From assembly GCA_017483185.1 (NCBI GenBank), contig JAFULM010000011.1:9240-73239 (forward strand): DNA of 64,000 bases. The letters run 5' to 3'. This stretch comes from Prevotella sp. (GTDB taxonomy: Bacteria > Bacteroidota > Bacteroidia > Bacteroidales > Bacteroidaceae). Positions 56,451 to 64,000 of the stretch are shown one piece after another. A program made the position numbers and the translations under genes. Numbering within the stretch: position 1 is the stretch's first letter; each line of letters begins with the position of its first letter. The notes beneath the pieces are model-generated. The model had not been told where the DNA came from. It made no database searches and was given only the letters and a program-made list of their open reading frames with translations.

Positions 56451-56979
56451 GAGCTCCTGCCAGTCATATCTTGGCGTCGGACTTCATACGCTCGGTCTGC
56501 TTGACTGGATTCTCAGGCAGACCGGGCGTGCCGACGTCTATGTCAGCACTTTCTCCACGTCGGATGCGTTCCTTTCCGGATTTTATCGTCTCAAGCGCAA
56601 GAATCTTGTCAACCAATCGGTGCTTATAGCAGATCTCAAGGCGTCCAAAAAGACTATCGGGCTGTACAAGATCATGCAGAATTGCTTTGATTCCGTCTAT
56701 CTGTCCATGAACCATTCCAAAGTGATGCTTGTCTGTAACGACAGATGGAGAGTTGCAGTTATCAGTTCGCAGAACCAGACATACGGAGACCGGGCCGAAT
56801 GTACTCTTGTCACTACATCATCCGAGACATTTCGGGAGATATATGCCGGACTAAGCGGTATTGTCAATAATCATTCGCTACAGCTAAATGGACTATTCAA
56901 CAGACTTACTGAGAGATATCAGGACAAAGGCATCGGAACTGATGTCTCCGATGGAGATATCATACCTTTTGGATATTGA
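56404..56979 (+). CDS. Phage protein with PLD-like HxK motif
   Basis: VYVSTFS, NHSKVMLV, ISSQNQT, RAE arrangement resembles a single-HKD PLD-fold nuclease. Confidence 0.55.
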   Translation: MSRGRSISTILRPLSESSCQSYLGVGLHTLGLLDWILRQTGRADVYVSTFSTSDAFLSGFYRLKRKNLVNQSVLIADLKASKKTIGLYKIMQNCFDSVYLSMNHSKVMLVCNDRWRVAVISSQNQTYGDRAECTLVTTSSETFREIYAGLSGIVNNHSLQLNGLFNRLTERYQDKGIGTDVSDGDIIPFGY

Positions 56980-57169
56980 CGAGATGCGGCTTGCTGATGA
57001 TATTGCAACGCCAGGCCATCCGGCCAGACGTGCATATTACGGCGGCTTGGCTGCTACTGCTAACGAGATGAGACGTAACGTTATTGATACGGCTTCCGCC
57101 GGCTCACCGGCCGCCATCTCAGAATGTCAGAGGCGTATCATGACGCTGCTCTCTGATGTAGCGTTATGA
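56888..57169 (+). CDS. Phage hypothetical protein (helical, possible terminase-associated)
   Basis: 93 aa; ISYLLDID...AYYGG...ASAGSPAA. Confidence 0.6.
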   Translation: MDYSTDLLRDIRTKASELMSPMEISYLLDIDEMRLADDIATPGHPARRAYYGGLAATANEMRRNVIDTASAGSPAAISECQRRIMTLLSDVAL

Positions 57170-57203
57170 TTCCTTTTCTCCTCACATCTTATTCTTCATT
57201 TAC

Positions 57204-57800
57204 ATGAGTCTTCCGGTACATATCGATGAATATCAGCGCTATATAGTCCTTAATGACGATGAGTTGCGGGAGCAGCACATCAATCCGGCCATACTTGAGC
57301 GGTTGCATAGATTGCGTGGCGTATATTCCTATTGGCTTCAGTTCCCTGACAAGTTCGATAAAGACATTGTGCAGTTTGACATGGCCATGTTCCGTGTCAA
57401 CCGTGCCCAGGCATACGATGATGTGCGTCTTGTACAGATACTCCTTGGCAACATGCAACAGGCCAACAGAGACTTTATGCGGTGGAAGATAAATCAGGAT
57501 TTGGAGCAGGATCTCAAGGCCGCGCGCCGTGCCGGAGAGCACAAGGCCGTGGCAGCCATCGAGAAAGCCCGTATTCTCAACAACCGTACGGACAAGGAGG
57601 ATGAGCCGGAGCGGGAGTTTGACAAGATTGTGCCGCAGAACTTTGAACCGACCGATGATCCGACGGTTCTTGGCATTGAGCGTATTCCGGACCTGCGCGG
57701 CCGTATTCGCAAGCTCAACAAGAAATACATGTCTGATAACATTGAATTTGCAGATTTTCAGGAGGTAGAGACTGATGCCGGAGATACAGCAGACGAATAG
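57204..57800 (+). CDS. Hypothetical protein upstream of terminase (candidate small subunit)
   Basis: Overlaps the terL start; helical, HTH-like FRVNRAQAYDDV segment. Confidence 0.6.
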   Translation: MSLPVHIDEYQRYIVLNDDELREQHINPAILERLHRLRGVYSYWLQFPDKFDKDIVQFDMAMFRVNRAQAYDDVRLVQILLGNMQQANRDFMRWKINQDLEQDLKAARRAGEHKAVAAIEKARILNNRTDKEDEPEREFDKIVPQNFEPTDDPTVLGIERIPDLRGRIRKLNKKYMSDNIEFADFQEVETDAGDTADE

Positions 57801-59406
57801 ACAGTTTTTCAACGACGGCCAATATTACATGTTGGCCATGATGCCGCGTGATCTTGTGGCTGTCTGTGGCCGTGGCTTTGGTAAGGGTGCCGTACAGGCC
57901 AAGCGCATACAGACAGCATTTCAGGGCATGCCCGGCTCTATGGGTGGGTTTGTCGCGCCATCTGTCAAGCGCTGTCTGACCAATATACTGCCTTCCATGC
58001 TGATACATCTTGAACGGTGGGGATTCAAGCGTGACATCCATTATGTCGTCGGCAAGAAACCGTGGCGGGCGCTTCATTGGAAGTCTCCTCTTTTCGTTCC
58101 GGCGAATTGGGAGAACACAATCTCCTTCTATAACGGTTCAGTCTGCAATATTATCAGTCAGGACCGTACAGGAACATCCAACTCCATGTCGCTCGACTAT
58201 CTCATCATCGACGAGGCGAAATTCATTGACTTCGAGCGGCTTAAGGACGAAACTTTTCAGGCCAACCGTGGCAATCAGATGTATTTCGGCAAACACTTCA
58301 TGCACCACGGCATGACTATCACTTCGGATATGCCCATAACCAAACAGGGCTCGTGGTTCCTGAAGTATAAGGATGATATGGATCCGGAGCTGGTGGAGGT
58401 TATGGAGGGATTGATATTTCAGATCTGGCAGGTACGCCGCCGGATGGTCAAATGTCCTGAGCGCACGCCATATTATGAGCGCCAGCTGCAGCAGCTTAAC
58501 GCACAGCTCAATGCCTTCCGCAGTAAGTGCCTGTTGTACAAGGAGTATACGAGCATCGAAAATCTTGCTCTTCTCGGTGAGGATTTTATCCGGCGCATGA
58601 AGCGTGAGCTGCCGCCGCTTACATTTGCCACATCTATAATGTGCCGGCGTATCGGTATATCGGCCGATGGCTTTTATGGTGGCATGCGTGAGGATGTCAA
58701 TCTCTATACTGCTCCGGATATGTCGGTACTCAACCTTCAGAACTTCGATTCCGGAAAGCTCAAGACCGAAGACTGCCGGATGGATGGAGACCTTGACAAG
58801 AATTTACCGCTGATAATTGCTTTTGACGCAAACGCCAATATCAACTGGCTCGTCGTCGGACAGGTCGGTAGAGACGGCCGGCTTCGTGTCATCAAGTCTT
58901 TCTTTGTCAAATACGAGCGTAAAATCCCGGAGCTACTCGATGATTTCCTCGCTTATTATGCTTACCATAAGCGTCATCAGGTCATCTTCTACTATGATGC
59001 TACGTTTGTCGGCAACAACTACGCTTTGCATAACAATGATTTTCATTCCGAGATTGAAAAGAAGTTGCGGCGGGCCCAGTGGTCTGTCAGAGCTGTATAT
59101 ATTGGCCAGCCGATGAAGCATATTGATAAGAATGCGTTGATAAACCGTATGTTTCGTGGCCGTGCCAATCATCAGGTGCTTATCAACCGCGACAATAATC
59201 CCGATCTGCTCATCTCCATACAGTCTGCCGGAATTTACAATGGGCAGAAAGATAAGAGAGGCGAGAAACTGGTGGAGACAGAGGAAGACAAGCTGGAGAG
59301 CCGTACCGACGGTTCCGATGCTTTTGATACCCTCTGTATAGGGGTTGAGCGTTTCCCGGTTGTGCAGACTGTGGCCGGCATGGCCAACAGTTATCCCGGC
59401 AAATAG
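57775..59406 (+). CDS. Terminase large subunit
   Basis: VCGRGFGKG Walker A, LIIDEAKF Walker B, C-terminal nuclease acidic motifs IAFDANA, FYYDAT, TDGSDAFD. Confidence 0.82.
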   Translation: MPEIQQTNRQFFNDGQYYMLAMMPRDLVAVCGRGFGKGAVQAKRIQTAFQGMPGSMGGFVAPSVKRCLTNILPSMLIHLERWGFKRDIHYVVGKKPWRALHWKSPLFVPANWENTISFYNGSVCNIISQDRTGTSNSMSLDYLIIDEAKFIDFERLKDETFQANRGNQMYFGKHFMHHGMTITSDMPITKQGSWFLKYKDDMDPELVEVMEGLIFQIWQVRRRMVKCPERTPYYERQLQQLNAQLNAFRSKCLLYKEYTSIENLALLGEDFIRRMKRELPPLTFATSIMCRRIGISADGFYGGMREDVNLYTAPDMSVLNLQNFDSGKLKTEDCRMDGDLDKNLPLIIAFDANANINWLVVGQVGRDGRLRVIKSFFVKYERKIPELLDDFLAYYAYHKRHQVIFYYDATFVGNNYALHNNDFHSEIEKKLRRAQWSVRAVYIGQPMKHIDKNALINRMFRGRANHQVLINRDNNPDLLISIQSAGIYNGQKDKRGEKLVETEEDKLESRTDGSDAFDTLCIGVERFPVVQTVAGMANSYPGK

Positions 59407-59453
59407 CCCCAGCCCTAAGGGAGAGGCGGTCGCCCTGCGGATTGTTTGACTCC

Positions 59454-59727
59454 TCCAAGGAGCATTGTTTTTTGTTCCGTACTTCTGTCACTCGTATAAG
59501 TCAATTTCTGATGCAAAGTTAGCCGGGCTTATACAGACGCCAATGAACCTTGCACAAAAATAAGCAAACGGTTGTTAATGCCTGGGAGTACTCCCACATT
59601 AACAACCGTTTGCTTATTTTTCTACACGAACCCTTGTCTTTCTGTCTTCTGCCCCTGCTGTTGTTCGCATCGGAAATCAACTCATCGAACGACGGATGTA
59701 CGGGAGAAATAAAAAAAACTCCTTGGA
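59454..59727. promoter_or_regulatory. Long nested fold-back (candidate ssDNA promoter or structured RNA)
   Basis: Paired arms 59454-62/59719-27, 59477-82/59698-703, 59504-17/59664-77 and a 25-bp perfect stem within 59556-59621. Confidence 0.6.
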
Positions 59728-59786
59728 TGAAGAATTTTGGAAATCAATCTTTCTCACTTCGGAAACCGGGAAAACTTACAGAAGAT

Positions 59787-60434
59787 ATGAAGACAAAGCA
59801 CTTTTATGATTATTTGCCGCAAAGATATGCTGACACAAATCCGGGCATAGGACAGGTTCGCAACTTTATCTATAAGTTCAAAGACGGTGATAAGATGGCG
59901 GCCAAGTATGCGGCCAAGTTGGTGGCAACACTTTTATGGCGGTGGTATTCCCACAAATGTAGTGATTATGTCATAGCCTGTACTCCATGCAGCAGCATGT
60001 TGGAATACCGCAAGCGTTTCAGCTATTTTTCCGCGGTAGTGGCAGATAGGTGTATGCAGGAAAATGCAATGTCACATGTACATATCTATGGCAAACGTGA
60101 TGCGTTACATCGCAGCAGTGGTCATGTCGTGCGTGATGCTGATGGATATTGCGTGATGTTGGATGAGGATTTTTTCCGCGGTCGCAAGGTAATCATTTTT
60201 GATGACCTTATAACTACAGGTGTAACCGCTGATAACTTCGCCGAACAGCTGAAAGCAGTGGGCGCGGATGTTCGGGGCGGCCTGTTCCTTGCCCAGACGG
60301 TTAAGGGCATTGTTAAGGATACATATTGGGGACAGTTCGCAGAACATACCATGCAGCTCATAAAATGGATGGATAGTGTTAAAACAAATGATTGTCGTAC
60401 CGCAGTGTCCGCTATATGTGCGGCACACAAATAA
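59787..60434 (+). CDS. ComF-like phosphoribosyltransferase
   Basis: IYKFKDG, RKVIIFDDLITTG PRPP-binding loop; start reassigned to ATG 59787. Confidence 0.82.
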   Translation: MKTKHFYDYLPQRYADTNPGIGQVRNFIYKFKDGDKMAAKYAAKLVATLLWRWYSHKCSDYVIACTPCSSMLEYRKRFSYFSAVVADRCMQENAMSHVHIYGKRDALHRSSGHVVRDADGYCVMLDEDFFRGRKVIIFDDLITTGVTADNFAEQLKAVGADVRGGLFLAQTVKGIVKDTYWGQFAEHTMQLIKWMDSVKTNDCRTAVSAICAAHK

Positions 60435-60451
60435 ATTAGGAGGATATAATA

Positions 60452-61138
60452 ATGAATAATTATCGTTTTGACGAATTGCTAAAAGAAGAAATGCCAATGT
60501 ATAAGGCGGTCAATAATGGAATGGAAACCCTTACAAACATTGAATTGTTAAGCCTTGTAATAGGACAGGGAACAGACCAAAATCAGAGTATTACACAGGC
60601 ACGGAAATTACTTGCAATCTCTGACGGCCGGCTGCGCAATCTCGCGGAGAAGAGGCTTGAAGAACTTGAAGTCGTACAGGGTGTGAAGGACTGTAAGGCA
60701 ATGGCATTGCAGGCAGCGATGGAACTCGGCAAGCGTTATTTTATGGAAGAACCGTCGCAGATGCCGGAACTATGCAGCGCAGATGCAATATATCGTTATA
60801 TGCGACCGCATATTATATCACTGCGTGTAGAGGAGGCACATGTCTTGTTTATGCGGCAAAATCTAAGTCTTATAAAACATGAGAGGGTAAGCAGTGGAGG
60901 ATTGACAGAAACGGCCGTCGATGTGCGTGTGATAATCCGTGAGGCGATATTATGTGGGGCCACTACGATAGCGTTATGTCATAACCATCCCAGTGGTAAC
61001 AGGCGGCCAAGTATTAATGATGACAGGTTGACTAAGGTTCTTAAACAGGCGTGTGATACAATGAGAATACATTTTGTTGACCATGTCATTGTCACGGCAG
61101 ATGGCTTTTATAGCTATCAGGATGAAGGTAGGATTTAA
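60452..61138 (+). CDS. radC: RadC / JAB-domain protein
   Basis: LTNIELLSLVI, SSGGLTETAVDVRVI, CHNHPSG...PS...D, DHVIV. Confidence 0.92.
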   Translation: MNNYRFDELLKEEMPMYKAVNNGMETLTNIELLSLVIGQGTDQNQSITQARKLLAISDGRLRNLAEKRLEELEVVQGVKDCKAMALQAAMELGKRYFMEEPSQMPELCSADAIYRYMRPHIISLRVEEAHVLFMRQNLSLIKHERVSSGGLTETAVDVRVIIREAILCGATTIALCHNHPSGNRRPSINDDRLTKVLKQACDTMRIHFVDHVIVTADGFYSYQDEGRI

Positions 61139-61562
61139 GCAATTACGGAGTGACCGAGGATGATTTTTGCACAAAACTGCATCCTCGGTTTTACCTGTTC
61201 CGTAATTGCCAAAGGTTGGATATATGGAAATATACTTACATATTCCGCTCGGAAAGATGCGGTAATTGCCGTTTCTTACGTAGGGCGGTGGGGGCTGCTA
61301 AAGCAGTGATTTGCTGCGCAAATTTACTGCAAAAGGCTAAATTACTGCGTTTCAGCCTTTTGCGATTTTTGATAGTGGAAAAGTTGTGCAAAATGGTCTT
61401 ATTCTGCCCGTTTTGCGTTCGTTTTTTTGATGGCGAACATCATTTTTTTAGCGGTTGCCGCCCGAATTGCGGCCGCTTGCCTAAAAATTACCGAAAAAGT
61501 GATGTTCGTGAAATAGTCGGAATTGTATGTTTTTGGAATTTTCTGTTTATTTTACAATATCA

Positions 61563-61620
61563 CCCCGCTTTTCTTCGGGCGGATGACGTTGCACTACCAT
61601 CCGCCCGAAGAAAAGCGGGG
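61563..61620. repeat. Long perfect hairpin
   Basis: ccccgcttttcttcgggcggatg ... catccgcccgaagaaaagcgggg. Confidence 0.75.
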
Positions 61621-61857
61621 AATAAGGTCGCGCGTCCGGTGGCCGTAGAGCGAATTTTGTAAATACACTCAATGGCCATCAGTCGCGCCATTATTTTGCC
61701 TTGGTCCTGCTGACAGCTTATTGCATGGCTGACGGCAGGACATCGGCAGTAATTGTTATTTTGCAGCGTGTAACAAAAAAGTTACCTAAAATTTGGTTAT
61801 TTATAACTTTTTCGTTACCTTTGCACCGTCGATAAGACAAAAGAGTTCTAACATGTA

Positions 61858-62040
61858 ATGAAAACATCCGAATTGTTAAAGAGCCTGAGAGATGCCGGGT
61901 GCGTCTTGGCTCGACATGGAGGTGGGCACGACAAATGGATTAACCCCAAGACGGGGAAATTTACTTTCGTGCCGAGACACGCGGGCGAAGTTCACAAGGG
62001 ACTTGCGCTTAAGATTCTGAAAGAGATGGTTGGGGAATAA
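61858..62040 (+). CDS. hicA: HicA-family toxin (third, distinct)
   Basis: RHGGGHDKWINP, FVPRH motifs. Confidence 0.9.
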   Translation: MKTSELLKSLRDAGCVLARHGGGHDKWINPKTGKFTFVPRHAGEVHKGLALKILKEMVGE

Positions 62041-62129
62041 TCCCCAACCACTTTCAGGCAACATGGAGATGAGGATACAGCCATGATATGGTGGAACTCT
62101 TTTTGATAGTATAAATGTATTTATAAGAT

Positions 62130-62534
62130 ATGAAAAAAGTATTGGTTACAGTTTCACAAGCTTCAGACGGAACTTTCTGGTGCCATGCAGAGAATGACGT
62201 GTACGGTGGTGGAATTAATGGTGCAGGCGCATCCGTGAAAGAGGCAAAGGCCGATCTGCAGATGTGCATGAATGAGGCAAAGGCTGACTATGTAGAGAAC
62301 GGCGGCACAGCTTATGATGTGGATTTCCGCTATCAGTACGACCTGCAGTCATTCTTTGAGTATTTCTCTTTTCTCAATATTACGGACATTGCCCGTCGTG
62401 CCGGGATTAATCCCTCACTGATGCGCCAATATGCAAGTGGCATTAAGAATGCCGGAGAAAAGACCTACGCCCGCCTGTCAACATGTATGGACAGCATAAC
62501 AAAGGAATTACAAACCGCGTCATTCCGTTTATGA
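62130..62534 (+). CDS. hicB: HicB-family antitoxin (third, distinct)
   Basis: GAGASVKEAKADL, YDLQSFFEYF, IARRAGINPSLMRQYASG. Confidence 0.9.
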   Translation: MKKVLVTVSQASDGTFWCHAENDVYGGGINGAGASVKEAKADLQMCMNEAKADYVENGGTAYDVDFRYQYDLQSFFEYFSFLNITDIARRAGINPSLMRQYASGIKNAGEKTYARLSTCMDSITKELQTASFRL

Positions 62535-62570
62535 CAATGCGGTGTTTTCATACATAAAAAGAACTCGTTT

Positions 62571-62602
62571 AAGCCCCTGACCGTGACGGTTCGGGGTTTT
62601 TT
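62571..62602 (+). terminator. Intrinsic terminator after hicAB
   Basis: aagcccctgaccgtgacggttcggggtttttt. Confidence 0.75.
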
Positions 62603-62715
62603 CTTTAAAATCTCAGCCGTTTTCTTTGCCATCCCGATTAATAAGAAAAGGCAGATAGAAATCAATCTACCTGCCTGACAAACTCTCTTTTTTGTCAACT
62701 AAAAACTGTATAACA

Positions 62716-63150
62716 TCATATCAATGCAACAGATGAGAGTTTTTGTCCTAAATCATGGAGGGCATTCTGTAATTGGCGAATTTCTCCACTGCTGAAGTGT
62801 GCCTCCTTACCATTCACTTTATTACCATTGATACGTTGCAAAAGCCATGACCGTGATTTGCCAAAATAGTTTTTGGCTATGTAGCTGATAGAAATAGCCT
62901 CCGGTAATTCTCCTAATTTTTTCCGTACCTTCTCTGTCTCATATTCTTCTATCATTTTATCGCCGGTGCTAAGAAGTGCGTATGTGTCTTTGATGAGAGC
63001 TTCATTGAAAGCTTTGAGCTCATCGGCATTCATGTTGTCCTGCATCTCCTTTTGGAGAGAGTGGGCTATGGCAAAATCTTTTTCATCTTTGGCACTCTCA
63101 TAGGCTTGAAGCACTTTTTGCCATTGTGAATTTTTGATAGATGTCTTCAT
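62716..63150 (-). CDS. DUF5053-like HTH protein
   Basis: ISISYIAKNYFGKSRSWLLQRINGNKVNGK...LQNALHDLG. Confidence 0.8.
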   Translation of the reverse strand: MKTSIKNSQWQKVLQAYESAKDEKDFAIAHSLQKEMQDNMNADELKAFNEALIKDTYALLSTGDKMIEEYETEKVRKKLGELPEAISISYIAKNYFGKSRSWLLQRINGNKVNGKEAHFSSGEIRQLQNALHDLGQKLSSVALI

Positions 63151-63188
63151 ATTTTTTGCTTTTTGTGAGCCCCCGAAGGGGCTCTTTT

Positions 63189-63347
63189 TTATTCTTCATA
63201 AAAATATTTACTCACAATATTCATTTTTTCAAGGAGTTCGTCCGTCAGCTTCTCCTTTGTAGCTTCGTCAAGGTTGGATTTATTGATAATGTCAATCCTT
63301 AATTTCAGCCTTTCAAAATACTCTTTCCATTCTTCTTTTGTAGCCAT
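63189..63347 (-). CDS. Small helical hypothetical protein upstream of the DUF5053-like gene
   Basis: 52 aa from MATKEEWKEYF; minus-strand TATCTTTG promoter near 63400. Confidence 0.6.
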   Translation of the reverse strand: MATKEEWKEYFERLKLRIDIINKSNLDEATKEKLTDELLEKMNIVSKYFYEE

Positions 63348-63468
63348 CTGTTTTCTTTTTTTTGATGTTATACATGTTGTTTTTAATTGACAATGCAAAG
63401 ATAATAATAATTTGTTTATTAATCAAATAACAATTTGTTTATTTTGACTGTTAGCCAATTTTTAACGT

Positions 63469-64000
63469 TTTCCCCGCCGTTTTCTTTGCCATCCCGATTT
63501 TTCTCATTACCTTTGCCATAATCAGATAGATTTATTTAGGCTTTTGGTTTGAGGCGCATATCGAATCTTAGGCTAAATTATAAAAATAGCTGTTGCGAGT
63601 TCATGCAGAAGGGATGCGCCCCTGATGCGTGAACTCTTTTAGTATTTATGAAAAAGATATTGATAGTATTATTGTCTGTTCTTTTCTTTATTTTGGGTAT
63701 TAAAGCTCAGAATTTACCACAGAAGAGGCCTGTATATTGTAATGTTATGGGATATAACTTTTGGGGATTCGGCAAAGTGAAAGTACAACTTGATATGGGG
63801 CGTAAAACAGATATAAAAGGTTTTGACGCTTTATATGGAGAAGATGGAAAGAAGTTGAAATTTAATACGATGATGCAGGTCCTTAATTATATGGGAGAAC
63901 GAGGATGGAGGGTTATTAATACCTATTATATAACAGAATCTTCGAAACAGAGTGTTATACATTATTTGCTTGAAAAATGGATTTCTTCAGAAGATGAGAT
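63469..64000 (+). repeat. At least 530-bp near-identical copy of 45073-45603
   Basis: Boundary motif, leader and gene X repeated with roughly a dozen scattered differences. Confidence 0.95.
63648..64000 (+). CDS. Gene X, second copy (truncated by the window end)
   Basis: Same frame as 45251-45679 with S>F, V>I and N>S substitutions. Confidence 0.85.
   Translation, partial: MKKILIVLLSVLFFILGIKAQNLPQKRPVYCNVMGYNFWGFGKVKVQLDMGRKTDIKGFDALYGEDGKKLKFNTMMQVLNYMGERGWRVINTYYITESSKQSVIHYLLEKWISSEDE

Larger units (their letters stand above)
45807..64000. mobile_element. Prophage or phage-like element, left part (right boundary beyond the window)
   Basis: att-like site, divergent HTH pair, primase-helicase, Clp protease, putative capsid, terminase large subunit, accessory morons; no integrase, portal, tape measure or lysis gene seen in the window. 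Confidence 0.8.

Noticed and set aside
61150-61662. 170-aa ORF after radC
   Set aside because: Atypical Cys/Phe/Arg-rich composition, crosses a long hairpin and T-tracts, no motif; likely non-coding
45073-64000. Gene X repeats as attL/attR or a target-site duplication of the prophage
   Set aside because: Over 500 bp long with scattered mismatches, and a separate tRNA-derived att candidate lies inside; better explained as two cassette copies. The mismatches also argue against an assembly duplication

Overview
Chromosomal window from a Bacteroidales organism, most likely Prevotella-like (TAnnTTTG promoters, SusC/SusD, T9SS C-terminal domains). 1-21 kb is housekeeping: rplS, orphan sensor kinase, short purH-type AICAR transformylase, exbB-exbD-exbD-tonB-PstS-like-TPR operon, aminotransferase, ribBA, LptF/G permease, tRNA(CAT), rsmI, tdk, AI-2E transporter and tRNA-Lys. 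Next come an AT-rich SusC/SusD-metallopeptidase locus, a toxin-antitoxin cluster (hicAB, tripartite hipBST-like, AAA+/DUF4143 ATPase) and a TlpA-Omp28 surface operon. From about 43 kb there is an accessory cassette array and a prophage-like element (repressor/Cro, primase-helicase, Clp protease, putative capsid, terminase, PRTase-RadC, hicAB) whose right end lies outside the window. Most notable signals: (i) a ~520-bp non-coding element in three diverged copies that keeps seven 17-bp palindromes at fixed spacing (22-22-22-22-87-75/65 bp); (ii) two arrays where different ~850-bp TA-like cassettes sit between copies of the same 24-26 bp promoter half-site directly upstream of the same secreted-protein gene, suggesting a cassette-exchange system; (iii) a ~270-nt nested fold-back resembling an ssDNA promoter ahead of PRTase-RadC; (iv) several helically phased operator arrays and a 48-bp mini-IS with a target-site duplication. 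All family calls are from motif recognition by eye; no searches were run.
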